This document shows positions 1 through 9,905 of a stretch of DNA of 50,266 bases, piece by piece. The DNA is taken from contig JBAROU010000056.1 of NCBI GenBank assembly GCA_049642385.1, forward strand, positions 1 through 50,266, written 5' to 3'. How positions within the stretch are numbered: position 1 is the stretch's first letter; each line of letters begins with the position of its first letter. The position numbers were made by a program, and so were the translations under genes. The notes under the pieces are model-generated. The model saw nothing but the letters and a program-made list of their open reading frames with translations. It was not told where the DNA came from and made no database searches. The DNA comes from Dehalococcoidia bacterium. GTDB lineage: Bacteria; Chloroflexota; Dehalococcoidia; DSTF01; RBG-16-68-14.

Positions 1-874
1 CGTCGACGTCAGTCACCATGTCGGCCGCCTTGTGCTGGATCGCCTGGAAGCTACCAATCGGCCGGCCGAACTGGATGCGGTCTTTCGCGTACTGCACGCT
101 GATCTCGAAGTCGCGCTGCGCCAGCCCGACCAGGAACGCGCACTCCAGCACCGTGCCCTTCTGCGCGATGCGCTCCAGCGTCTCCCAGCCCTTGTCCACC
201 GCACCCAGCACGTTCGCCTTCGCGACCTTCACGTTCTCGAACTTCACCTCGCACTGCTTGTCCGAAGCGATCGTCTTGAGCGCCGTGAAGGAGATGCCGG
301 CGCTCTTGCTGTCAACAATGAACAGCGTGACGCCGTCCTCCGCGTTCGCCCCCTTGCTGGTTCGGGCGGCCACGGTCATGTAGTCCGAGACGTTCGCGTC
401 GCGGATAAACAGCTTCGTGCCGTTCAGCACGTAGCTGTCACCGTCCGCCTTCGCCTCCAGCTCGACGCCCTCGGCGTCGAAGCGCGCCGAAGGCTCCGTC
501 ACGGCGAGCGTCCAGATCTGCTCGCCCGAAGCGATGCGCGGCAGGTACTGCGCCTTCTGCTCGTCTGAGCCCGCCTCCAGCAGCGCGATGGCGCCGCCGA
601 CGGCCGTCGAGATAAACGGCCCGGGCACCAGCGCCCGGCCAAACTCCTCGATAAGGATCACCAGGTCCAGGAAGCCCATGCCGGTGCCGCCCTTGTCCTC
701 TGGGATGATCAGCCCTTGCCAGCCCTGCTCCGCCATCTTCTTCCACAGGTCAGGCGAGTACCCCTGCTCGTCCTCCTCCATGTCGCGCACATGCTTCTCC
801 GGGCACTCCTTCTCCAGGAAGTCCCGCGCGAAGTTCTTGAGCATGTCCTGCTCTTCGCTCAGTCCTAGGTCCAT
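1..874 (-). CDS. acyl-CoA dehydrogenase (N-terminal ~290 aa; C-terminus lies beyond the window start)
   Basis: Absent from the ORF track because it is open at the window edge. My reverse translation from ATG 874..872 gives MDLGLSEEQDMLKNFARDFLEKECP...LAVTEPSARFDAEGV...DRIQFGRPIGSFQAIQHKAADM, a typical ACAD layout. GGAG sits 8 nt upstream of the ATG. Confidence 0.9.
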   Translation of the reverse strand, partial: MDLGLSEEQDMLKNFARDFLEKECPEKHVRDMEEDEQGYSPDLWKKMAEQGWQGLIIPEDKGGTGMGFLDLVILIEEFGRALVPGPFISTAVGGAIALLEAGSDEQKAQYLPRIASGEQIWTLAVTEPSARFDAEGVELEAKADGDSYVLNGTKLFIRDANVSDYMTVAARTSKGANAEDGVTLFIVDSKSAGISFTALKTIASDKQCEVKFENVKVAKANVLGAVDKGWETLERIAQKGTVLECAFLVGLAQRDFEISVQYAKDRIQFGRPIGSFQAIQHKAADMVTDVD

Positions 875-933
875 GTTGTGTGCTCCTTTCTATGTTCTGC
901 GTTCGTTGTTGGAAGCTGGATGTGAGAAGCTAG

Positions 934-961
934 AAGCTATACGACGGTCGTTGCGTGTCAA
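934..961 (-). promoter_or_regulatory. candidate sigma70-type promoter for the terminal ACAD gene (TTGACA-N16-TAGCTT)
   Basis: On the minus strand TTGACA is at 961..956 and TAGCTT at 939..934. The site lies in the only sizeable gap (875-1003) of the operon and is flanked by GGAAGCTGGA/TCCAGCTTCC inverted repeats. Confidence 0.3.
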
Positions 962-1003
962 TCGCCGTCCAGCTTCCAGCCTCCAGCGTCCAGCTTGGTG
1001 CAA

Positions 1004-1351
1004 CTATTGGTTCGCTCCCTCGAGCATGTTGATCTTCGCAGCTATGATGAAGTCGTTCTCGGACAGGCCACCGATCGCGTGCGTCACCAGCTCAAACGTC
1101 ACCTTGTTCCACGAGATGCACACGTCCGGGTGGTGTCCCTCCGATTCCGCGACGTCCGCAACCTTGTTCACGAACGTCATCGCCTGTGCGAAGTCCTTGA
1201 ACTTCATCCGACGCGTGATCTTTGATGGTTCTCCCTCGACGAAGCGCCAGCCCGGCACGGCCGGCATGTAGGCCGCAGCCCGCTCCGCCGACATCGGCGC
1301 CATGCCGCCTTCGCAAGGCACGCAACTTTTCGTGAGAAGGTCGCTGGTCAT
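1004..1351 (-). CDS. pterin-4-alpha-carbinolamine dehydratase (PCD/DCoH family)
   Basis: Internal Met of track ORF 1004..1558: MTSDLLTKSCVPCEGG...FVNKVADVAESEGHHPDVCISWNKVTFELVTH, with the EGHHPD core motif. Its ATG overlaps the upstream ACAD stop as ATGA (1348-1351). Confidence 0.85.
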   Translation of the reverse strand: MTSDLLTKSCVPCEGGMAPMSAERAAAYMPAVPGWRFVEGEPSKITRRMKFKDFAQAMTFVNKVADVAESEGHHPDVCISWNKVTFELVTHAIGGLSENDFIIAAKINMLEGANQ

Positions 1352-2514
1352 TGTCGTGGCAATCCGATCCCGAGTTGGGCAATGATATTGCGCTGCACCT
1401 CGCTGGTGCCGCCGGCCAGCGTGGCGCCCACCTGGATCCGGTACATCCGCTCGATACGACCCATCAACGGGGTGTACGGAGAATCGGGCTCGAGCTGCCC
1501 GTAAAGCCCGGCGAGCCGAATCGCTGTGCGTGCGATGCGCTGCCCCAACTCCGAGCAAAACAGCTTGGTGATCGATGCTTCCTGGGTTGGAATCAGTCCC
1601 CGCGCCTGGAGGCTGGCGACTTGATGAGAGAGCAGGATCGCCACCTTCGCCTCGATCGCCCGATCGGTCAGCTCGTAGCGTGCCTGGATATCGTCTCGCC
1701 GATATGGGCGCGTCGCCTCGATCACCTCTCCCAGCAGCTGTTCGAGGCTCACCGCGTTGACGATGCTGGAACGCTCAAAGGCGAGCGTGGTCATCGCCAC
1801 GTACCAGCCACGGTTCAGCTCGCCCAGCAGGTCTTTCTTAGGCACGCGCACGTTGTCGAAGAAGACCTCGTTGAAGCTCGGCGTCTCAGCCATGTTCGTT
1901 AGGGGCTGCACGCTCACGCCGGGCGCGTGCATGTCCAGCAAGAAGCAGCTGACCCCCTTGTGTTTGGGCGCTTCGTGATCGGTTCGGGCCAGGAGCATCA
2001 TCCGGTCGGCGCGGTGGGCGCCGGACGTCCAGATCTTCTGGCCATTGATCACAAACTCGTCCCCGTCCTCGACCGCTGTCGTTTGTAGGGACGCAAGGTC
2101 AGATCCCGAGTTTGGTTCGCTGAAGCCCTGGCACCAGTACATCTCGCCTGAGAGGATGCCGGAGAGGTGCTTCTGTTTCTGTTCGTCGTTCCCGTGCACG
2201 ATGATCGTCGGCCCGATCAGGCCCACCGCGAGGAAGTTCGGGCGCGGCGCTCGGGCGCGCGCCAGCTCCTCGTTGTATACGAACTGTTGCATCACGGCAA
2301 GGCCTGCGCCGCCGTACTCCTTGGGCCACGCCGGCGCTACCCAACCGCGCGTCGCCAGCTTCTTCAGCCACGCCATGTCGCGCGGGTCCTCCCCCGTGCC
2401 AACGCCGAGGACGGCCTCATCCGGCTGGCGCAGGTCGTCAGTGAGCTCCTGCTCCACGAACTGGCGTACCTCCTTGCGGAACGCCGCGTCTTCAGGTGAA
2501 TCTCGAAAGTCCAT
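1348..2514 (-). CDS. acyl-CoA dehydrogenase family protein (paralog 1 of 5)
   Basis: Track ORF 1348..2544, trimmed to MDFRDSPEDAAFRKEV (ATG 2514) preceded by GAGGGGG. Motifs WVAPAWPKEYGGAGL, CQGFSEPNSGSDLASL, TTLAFERSS and a GGTSEVQRNIIAQ tail. Confidence 0.92.
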   Translation of the reverse strand: MDFRDSPEDAAFRKEVRQFVEQELTDDLRQPDEAVLGVGTGEDPRDMAWLKKLATRGWVAPAWPKEYGGAGLAVMQQFVYNEELARARAPRPNFLAVGLIGPTIIVHGNDEQKQKHLSGILSGEMYWCQGFSEPNSGSDLASLQTTAVEDGDEFVINGQKIWTSGAHRADRMMLLARTDHEAPKHKGVSCFLLDMHAPGVSVQPLTNMAETPSFNEVFFDNVRVPKKDLLGELNRGWYVAMTTLAFERSSIVNAVSLEQLLGEVIEATRPYRRDDIQARYELTDRAIEAKVAILLSHQVASLQARGLIPTQEASITKLFCSELGQRIARTAIRLAGLYGQLEPDSPYTPLMGRIERMYRIQVGATLAGGTSEVQRNIIAQLGIGLPRQ

Positions 2515-2518
2515 GCGG

Positions 2519-3712
2519 TTACCCCCTCGGTAACCCCAGCCCACGCTGGGCGATGATGTTGCGCTGAATCTCGCTTGTCCCTGCCGCTATTGTCGAGCCG
2601 ACCGAGCCGACGTACGAGCGCTCGAACTTGCCTTGTAGAGGCGCGTAGGGCGAGCCGGCTTCGAGCTGGCCGTAGAGACCCATGATGTGCAACCCAGCCC
2701 CGGCCATCCGCTGGTAAAACTCCGAGTTGAACACCTTGATAATCGACGCCTCGTAGTTGGGCACCATGCCCCGCTCTTGCATCGTCACGACGCGGTAAGA
2801 CAGGAACCGGGCGATGCTCAGCTCGATCCACAGCTCAGCGAGCTTGTGGCGCACCAGCGGCTGCTCGAATAGCGTCTTCCCGTTCGGCGGAGCGTGCCCG
2901 CCGACGCGCGTCTCTTTCGCGAACGATGTCAACGTCGAGAGCACGCGCTGGTAGCTGGCTGAAGTAGCGACGTTCGAGCGCTCGAAGTCGAGCGTCGTCG
3001 TTGCCATGTACCAGCCGCGGTTCTCCTCGCCCAGCAGGCCCGAGCGCGGCACGCGCACGTTCTCGAAGAACACCTCGTTGAACCCGCGCTGGTTCGCCAT
3101 GTTGACCAGCGGCCGTACTGTGATGCCGGGCGACTTCATGTCGACGAGGAAGTAGCTGATGCCGCGGTGCTTGGGCGCTTCCGGGTCGGTGCGCGCCAGG
3201 ACGAAGATCCAGTCGGCGTAATGGGCCTGGCTGGTCCAGATCTTCTGCCCGTTGATCACGAAGTCGTCGCCGTCCTGGACGGCCCTCATCTGGAGCGACG
3301 CGAGGTCAGAACCGGACTCAGGCTCGCTGTAGCCCTGGCACCAGATCACCTCGCCGGAAGTGATGCCGCTCAAGTGCTGCGCTTTCTGCTCCTCCGTGCC
3401 GTAGATGATGACCGTCGGGCCCAGGTAGCCGACGGCGGCGGCGTTGATCAGCGGCGAGCCAGCGTACGCCATCTCTTCGTTAAAGACGACCTGCTCCCAG
3501 AGGCTCAGACCGGCGCCGCCGTACTCCTGCGGCCAGGCGGGCGCGATCCAATGTTTCGGCGCGAGCTTTCTCAGGAACTCGCGCCCGAACTCGAACGCCT
3601 CCTCGTCGAAGGGGTTATCCGTGCCTTCCCAATCGGCGGGCAGGCTCGCGCCCAGGAACGAGCGCACTTCACCCCTAAAACTCTCCTGCTTAGCAGTGAA
3701 CCGGAACTCCAT
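2519..3712 (-). CDS. acyl-CoA dehydrogenase family protein (paralog 2 of 5)
   Basis: Track ORF 2519..3727, trimmed to MEFRFTAKQESF. Its ATG shares one nt with the upstream methyltransferase stop (TGATG at 3710-3714). Same motif set (WIAPAWPQEYGGAGL, CQGYSEPESGSDLASL, TTLDFERSN, GGTSEIQRNIIAQRGLGLPRG). Confidence 0.92.
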   Translation of the reverse strand: MEFRFTAKQESFRGEVRSFLGASLPADWEGTDNPFDEEAFEFGREFLRKLAPKHWIAPAWPQEYGGAGLSLWEQVVFNEEMAYAGSPLINAAAVGYLGPTVIIYGTEEQKAQHLSGITSGEVIWCQGYSEPESGSDLASLQMRAVQDGDDFVINGQKIWTSQAHYADWIFVLARTDPEAPKHRGISYFLVDMKSPGITVRPLVNMANQRGFNEVFFENVRVPRSGLLGEENRGWYMATTTLDFERSNVATSASYQRVLSTLTSFAKETRVGGHAPPNGKTLFEQPLVRHKLAELWIELSIARFLSYRVVTMQERGMVPNYEASIIKVFNSEFYQRMAGAGLHIMGLYGQLEAGSPYAPLQGKFERSYVGSVGSTIAAGTSEIQRNIIAQRGLGLPRG

Positions 3713-4575
3713 CAGGGCGTCTCCCACGTGATGAGCAAGTCGCGCGCTTCCAGCGCGCTGCGGCGCCAGAAACCCTTGTCTGTCTTCGCGAAGAGGTCGT
3801 CAAAGTGCTCGTCGATCAGGTCTCGCGCGCGTTCAGTGTCGTCAGCGCTCAGCCACCCCAGCTTGAGGCCGGCTTCCACCTCGTAGCGGATGGCGTCGTC
3901 GCGGGTCTGGCCGATGCCCAGCGTGGCAGGAGCGGCAGCCGGACCGACATCGATCACGTCCGCCGCGATGCTTATCTCGTCGAGGACGCCGAGCAGCTCC
4001 TTGTGGCCGGGCACCGGCGCTAGCTCCTCGCCGTGCACGAGACGGAACAATGGCGCGACCTGGTTCGGCGGTGGCACGCTGCGCATCCCGACGACGACGC
4101 GCCGTCGCGTCGCGCTCTGGAGCTTCTCGACGAACGGCGCGATCTTGCGGACGAAGTACGTCACGTGCGTGACCAGCGCCACGTCGCCTGTGATGTCACC
4201 CGCATCCAACCAGTCGGCCTGGATGAAACGCGCATTCTGGATGCCAGCGTCCCCAGCTGTTGTCCGAAACACTTCGCCCATGGCTGGCGACGGGTCAACG
4301 ATGACCACCTCGCGGCAGCGGAGCGCCAGCGGCAGCGAGAGGCGCCCTGCGCCTCCACCGACGTCTATCAACGTGTCGTCCGGGCGCACGTACGCTGCGA
4401 TCTTCGTCAATAACTCGTCGAGCGGCCGCCGGGGGTCCATCTGGAAGCTCTTCGCGAGCCCGCCCCACGCGTCGCCGTCCGGGCGCCCGAACTGGGCGCG
4501 CTGCGCCTCATACGCCGCTGCCAGGGCGTCGTGGCGCGCCGACGCGGTGTTCGCTCCAGCCTCTACCTGTTGCAA
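3712..4575 (-). CDS. class I SAM-dependent methyltransferase
   Basis: Motif I LIDVGGGAGRLSLPLA followed by VVIVDPS and ADWL acidic loops. The track start at 4575 is a TTG. An alternative ATG (MDPRRPLDELL) at 4440 would remove 45 aa. Confidence 0.8.
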   Translation of the reverse strand: MQQVEAGANTASARHDALAAAYEAQRAQFGRPDGDAWGGLAKSFQMDPRRPLDELLTKIAAYVRPDDTLIDVGGGAGRLSLPLALRCREVVIVDPSPAMGEVFRTTAGDAGIQNARFIQADWLDAGDITGDVALVTHVTYFVRKIAPFVEKLQSATRRRVVVGMRSVPPPNQVAPLFRLVHGEELAPVPGHKELLGVLDEISIAADVIDVGPAAAPATLGIGQTRDDAIRYEVEAGLKLGWLSADDTERARDLIDEHFDDLFAKTDKGFWRRSALEARDLLITWETP

Positions 4576-4617
4576 CTCTGACCGTCGCTCCTCGTTAGGC
4601 CGCCCGCTAGTCAGCGA

Positions 4618-5805
<1,188 letters not shown>

Positions 5806-5847
5806 AGCTACCTCCTGTATGTCTCGATCGTCTCGTGTTGGCTCGCC

Positions 5848-7035
5848 CTAGTCGCGCGGCAGCCCTAGGCCTCGCTGCGCGATGATGTTCCGTTGCACCT
5901 CGCTCGTGCCGCCAGCGATGGTCGATGCCAGCGTCTGGATGTACATGGCGCCATACCGCCCGTTGCGGGGCGCCCACTCGCTGCCCGAAAGGAGCTGCCC
6001 GTAGAGCCCCGTCACGTTCAGCGACGTGCGCGCGATGCGCTGGGTCAGCTCCGAGGCGAACAGCTTCGTCATCGACGCCTCGTAGTTGGGCACCATGCCC
6101 TTCGCCTGCATCGTGATCACGCGATACGAAAGCATCTTCGCCACATGCGTCTCCAGCAGCCGCTCCGCCAGCTCGTGCCGGATCGTCGGTGAGCGGCCGA
6201 GGATCGACCGGTTATCGGCCGCGTGCTCCTTCGCGAAGTCGATCAGGCTCTCGACCTGCAGGCGCATCCCGACGGCCGAGCCGATGCTCGAGCGCTCGAA
6301 GTCGAGCGTCGTCGTGCCGATGTACCAGCCGCGGTTCTCCTCCCCGACGAGGTTCTTAGCCGGAACGCGCACGTTGTCAAAGAACACTTCGTTGAAGCCG
6401 GCCTGGCCGCCCATGTTCACCAGCGGTCGCACCTCCACGCCCGGCGCCTTCATGTCGAGCAGGAAGTAGCTGATCCCCTTGTGCTTCGGGGCGTCCGGGT
6501 CCGTGCGCGCCAGCATGAACATCCAGTGCGCGAACTGCGCGCCTGACGTCCAGATCTTCTGGCCGTTGATCACGAAGTCGTCGCCGTCGCGCACCGCACG
6601 TGTTTGGAGCGACGCCAGGTCGGAGCCCGACTCTGGCTCGCTGAAGCCTTGGCACCACTGCACCTCGCCCGAGAGGATACGGCCCAGGTGCTCCTTCTTT
6701 TGGTCCTCCGAGCCGTGGATGATCAGCGTCGGCCCGATCATGGACGTGCCGAACCCGCCGACTTGCGGCGCGCGCGACTCGGCGAACTCTTCGTTCATGA
6801 TGAACTGCTGCATCGTGGTGAGGCCGGCGCCGCCGTACTCGACCGGCCAGGCGGGTGCGATCCAGCCCTTGTTGGCGAGCCGCGTCCGCCACTCCTTCAT
6901 CTCGTCGAAGCGCCCGCGCATACCGCCGGGGCCGGCCATCTCGATGCCGCGAAAACGGTCCGGCAACTCTTTCTCAATGAACGCTTTGATTTCCTTGCGA
7001 AATGCGGATTCTTCTGGCGTATCGTGGAAGTCCAT
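5848..7035 (-). CDS. acyl-CoA dehydrogenase family protein (paralog 4 of 5)
   Basis: Track ORF 5848..7407 trimmed by 124 codons to MDFHDTPEESAFRKEI (ATG 7035, GGAGG upstream). The discarded N-terminal part overlaps the next ACAD out of frame. Confidence 0.92.
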   Translation of the reverse strand: MDFHDTPEESAFRKEIKAFIEKELPDRFRGIEMAGPGGMRGRFDEMKEWRTRLANKGWIAPAWPVEYGGAGLTTMQQFIMNEEFAESRAPQVGGFGTSMIGPTLIIHGSEDQKKEHLGRILSGEVQWCQGFSEPESGSDLASLQTRAVRDGDDFVINGQKIWTSGAQFAHWMFMLARTDPDAPKHKGISYFLLDMKAPGVEVRPLVNMGGQAGFNEVFFDNVRVPAKNLVGEENRGWYIGTTTLDFERSSIGSAVGMRLQVESLIDFAKEHAADNRSILGRSPTIRHELAERLLETHVAKMLSYRVITMQAKGMVPNYEASMTKLFASELTQRIARTSLNVTGLYGQLLSGSEWAPRNGRYGAMYIQTLASTIAGGTSEVQRNIIAQRGLGLPRD

Positions 7036-7046
7036 GGCGCCCTCCT

Positions 7047-8261
7047 CTAGTCCCTGGGTAGACCCAACCCACGCTGTGCGACGATGTTCCGTTGTATCTC
7101 GCTCGTGCCGCCGCCGACGGTGCTCGTCGTGGCGTACAGATAGTAGGGTGGCATGCGCCCGTTCATCGCGGCGTGCGGACTGTCGCGCATCACTTGGCCG
7201 TACAGCCCGAGCAGTTTCAGCCCGGTCGCCGCGATGCGTTGGTCCAGCTCCGAAGCGTACAGCTTCGCCACGGACGACTCCTTGTTCGGCACCAGGCCGC
7301 GCGCCTGCATGCCGATCACCTGGTAGCTGAGCATGCGCTCCACCTGCGCCTCGATCGCGCGGTCCGCCAGCTCGTAACGGATCAGCGGGTCGCGTGCGAT
7401 CGAACACGTCGGTTCGTCGCGGTGCTCGCGCGCGTAGTCGACGAAGTCCTGGATCGTCGTGCCGTGGCTGATGCTCGTCGCGATGCCTGAGCGTTCGAAG
7501 TCCAGCGTCGTCGTGCCGATGTACCAGCCGCGGTTCTCCTCGCCGATCAGGTTCTCTTTCGGCACGCGCACGTTGTCGAAGAACACCTCGTTGAAGTCGT
7601 GACTGCCTGCCATGTTCACCAGCGGCCGCACAGTGATCCCCGGCGACTTCATGTCGAGCAGGAAGTAGCTGATCCCCTTGTGCTTAGGCGCTTCCGGGTC
7701 GGTGCGTGCGAGCAAGATCATCCACTGAGCGCCGTGCGCGCCCGATGTCCAGGTTTTCTGTCCGTTCACCACGTAGTCGTCGCCGTCGCGCACCGCGCGT
7801 GTCTGGATCCCGGCCAGGTCGGAGCCTGCGCTCGGTTCGGAGAAGCCCTGGCACCAGAACACTTCGTTCTTCAGGATCGGCGGTAGGTGCTTCTCCTTCT
7901 GCTCGTCGGTGCCGTAGATGATCAGCGTCGGCCCCACCCAACCCAACGCGATCTGGTTCGGGCTGCGCGGCGCGCGCTCGGTCGCCATCTCCTCGTTGAA
8001 GATGAACTGCTCAATGACAGAAAGGCCGGCGCCGCCGTACTCCTTCGGCCACGCAGGGGCAATCAAGCCCTTCTCCGACAGCTTCTTTAGCCAGCCGCCC
8101 AGCGCTGCGAGGTAGCCCTTCTGTGCGAAGCGCCCGCTGCCGCCCCCGAACAGCGCGCCGCCTTCGCGACGTCGCGCCAGCTCCGGCGGAAGCTCGGTCT
8201 TGATGAAGTTGCGCACCTCCTGCCGGAATGAGGCTTCGGTTGGCGTGTCACGAAAGTCCAC
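7047..8261 (-). CDS. acyl-CoA dehydrogenase family protein (paralog 5 of 5)
   Basis: GTG start at 8261 preceded by AAGGAG. MDFRDTPTEASFRQEV..., LIAPAWPKEYGGAGL, CQGFSEPSAGSDLAGI, TTLDFERSG, GGTSEIQRNIVAQRGLGLPRD. Confidence 0.92.
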   Translation of the reverse strand: MDFRDTPTEASFRQEVRNFIKTELPPELARRREGGALFGGGSGRFAQKGYLAALGGWLKKLSEKGLIAPAWPKEYGGAGLSVIEQFIFNEEMATERAPRSPNQIALGWVGPTLIIYGTDEQKEKHLPPILKNEVFWCQGFSEPSAGSDLAGIQTRAVRDGDDYVVNGQKTWTSGAHGAQWMILLARTDPEAPKHKGISYFLLDMKSPGITVRPLVNMAGSHDFNEVFFDNVRVPKENLIGEENRGWYIGTTTLDFERSGIATSISHGTTIQDFVDYAREHRDEPTCSIARDPLIRYELADRAIEAQVERMLSYQVIGMQARGLVPNKESSVAKLYASELDQRIAATGLKLLGLYGQVMRDSPHAAMNGRMPPYYLYATTSTVGGGTSEIQRNIVAQRGLGLPRD

Positions 8262-8273
8262 AATGTCTCCTTG

Positions 8274-8951
8274 CTAGTCCAGCGGCCAGCCGTCCGGCGC
8301 GACGAGCTCCGATACCGCTCGCGCTGCCGGGCCGACGCGCCCCTCGCGCTTCGATACGCGCAGCATCTCTTGGTACAGGCTGCCCCACCGCTCGACTTTC
8401 GCGCGGTCCAGCTCTGCGCTGAAGCCGAGCATGTGCATCAGGTCCAGCGTGAGCCCGATGCTCAGGAACTGCCACGCGACCAGCCGCGAGTCGATATCGC
8501 GGCGCACGATACCACGCCGCTTGCCTTCATCGACGGTCTCGGCAACAAAGTCGACGAAGTTCGCGAAGTTCTCGTGGAGCGCAGCTTTGATCTCCGGGTC
8601 GTCCGCCTCGGACACGGCCTGAAACTGCAGCTTCATGTTGCCGGAGTGGCTCTGCAGGTGGTCGTAGTAGTGGACGCCGATCGACCAGATCGTCTCCAGT
8701 GGGTCGTCCACGTCGTATGAGATGTTCTGCCAGATCTCGAGTAGCTTCGGTGCGGTCGAGCGCAAGGTGGCGAGGAAGAGGGCCTTCTTGCTGGGGAAGT
8801 GGCGGTACAGCGCCGGCTCAGACACGCCCACAGCCTTCGCAATATCAGCGGTGCCTACCTTGGCATAGCTCTGGGTCGCGAAAACCTCACGCGCAGATTC
8901 GATGATCTGGCGTTTTCGGTCTTGTGCGGGCAGTCTGCGAGCTCGTGCCAT
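8274..8951 (-). CDS. TetR/AcrR family transcriptional regulator (first gene of the ACAD operon)
   Basis: N-terminal HTH: RKRQIIESAREVFATQSYAKVGTADIAKAVGVSEPALYRHFPSKKALF. Its stop lies 12 nt upstream of the first ACAD start. Confidence 0.9.
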   Translation of the reverse strand: MARARRLPAQDRKRQIIESAREVFATQSYAKVGTADIAKAVGVSEPALYRHFPSKKALFLATLRSTAPKLLEIWQNISYDVDDPLETIWSIGVHYYDHLQSHSGNMKLQFQAVSEADDPEIKAALHENFANFVDFVAETVDEGKRRGIVRRDIDSRLVAWQFLSIGLTLDLMHMLGFSAELDRAKVERWGSLYQEMLRVSKREGRVGPAARAVSELVAPDGWPLD

Positions 8952-8955
8952 AAGT

Positions 8956-8971
8956 TAGTGACCACTCACTA
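8956..8971. promoter_or_regulatory. inverted repeat TAGTGA-N4-TCACTA, candidate TetR operator
   Basis: Perfect 6+6 palindrome starting 5 nt upstream of the tetR ATG. There is no SD between it and the start codon. Confidence 0.3.
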
Positions 8972-9183
8972 TCGCCCAGAGGCGACCATACCCTACCACT
9001 GAGCAGGAGCGTTGTCAAGAGGGTCAGCAAATAGATCGCTCGGGTAGCAATCTCGCAACGACTTCCCAGCGGCGCTGCGCTATGGTGTCCAAAGGAGGAG
9101 TTAGATGGCGCCTGACACCCCAGCGATACGACGAACGAAACGGACTTGGTCTACGAGAACGGCGGCGACCAGATGCTGCTCGC

Positions 9184-9774
9184 TTACCTAGGACGGGCAG
9201 GGCTATCGCTGCGATGATACCGCCCCTCGGCGGGCCACAGCTTCTTATGGAGGTGGATGTCCTCCGGCTCCAGCGCGAAGAGTTCGGGGAACGGCTCGGC
9301 CATCGGCTGGTAGCCGCGGCCCATGTAGAAACGCACCGTGTTCTGTGACGGCGTAGCGGAGACGACGATCTCGGTGTCGCCGCCTTCTCTGGCGATGTGG
9401 TCTAGGTCCTCGGACAGCCGCCTGCCGATGCCGCTGGCCCGATTTCCGTTGCTCACGTGCAGGTAGGCGAGCTGCGCGACGCCGGGCCGCAGGTGCTGGA
9501 CCAGAACGCCGATGCCAGCCAGGCGATCGCCATCGAAAGCGCCGAGGGCAACAGCGCCTGACCCGAGCAACTCCTCGACGTGCGTTTGCTGGGCCGCGTG
9601 AGAGTGCTCGCCGTCGCCTTCCGTGAGCCAGTTGGGGGAGTCGAAGTCGCCGCGGCGTTCCTCTAGCTGCGTTCCGTGCTGGATATAGAGGACGCCGATG
9701 CGCTCGCTGCGATCTATGTCGCGGATGCGCGGGAGGTCAGCGGGAACAAAGGGGCGATAGGTAATGGGTGCCAA
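9184..9774 (-). CDS. GNAT family N-acetyltransferase
   Basis: Acetyl-CoA-binding-type segment LAYLHVSNGNRASGIGRRLSEDLDHIAREGG and a ...FYMGRGYQP tail. The track start is a TTG without an SD, so the 5' end is uncertain. Confidence 0.8.
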   Translation of the reverse strand: MAPITYRPFVPADLPRIRDIDRSERIGVLYIQHGTQLEERRGDFDSPNWLTEGDGEHSHAAQQTHVEELLGSGAVALGAFDGDRLAGIGVLVQHLRPGVAQLAYLHVSNGNRASGIGRRLSEDLDHIAREGGDTEIVVSATPSQNTVRFYMGRGYQPMAEPFPELFALEPEDIHLHKKLWPAEGRYHRSDSPARPR

Positions 9775-9905
9775 GTCAGGGGTATTGTAAGCGCCGCGCT
9801 AGTAGGCGGCCCAGCTGCAGGACCAGGGGTACCAGCCCCACTGGCATCCGATCGATGCAGACACATGGAGTGTTCTCGAGCAGGTGAAGCCTCGATATAG
9901 ATTCA

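Noticed and set aside
9105-9191. 28-codon ORF (MAPDTPAIRRTKRTWSTRTAATRCCSLT) preceded by a near-perfect AAAGGAGGAG Shine-Dalgarno at ideal spacing, in the tetR-GNAT intergenic region.
   Set aside because: Codon third positions are not GC-biased, unlike every credible gene here. The peptide is Arg/Thr low-complexity. The ORF runs into the convergent GNAT stop. It is kept only as something ribosome profiling could revisit.
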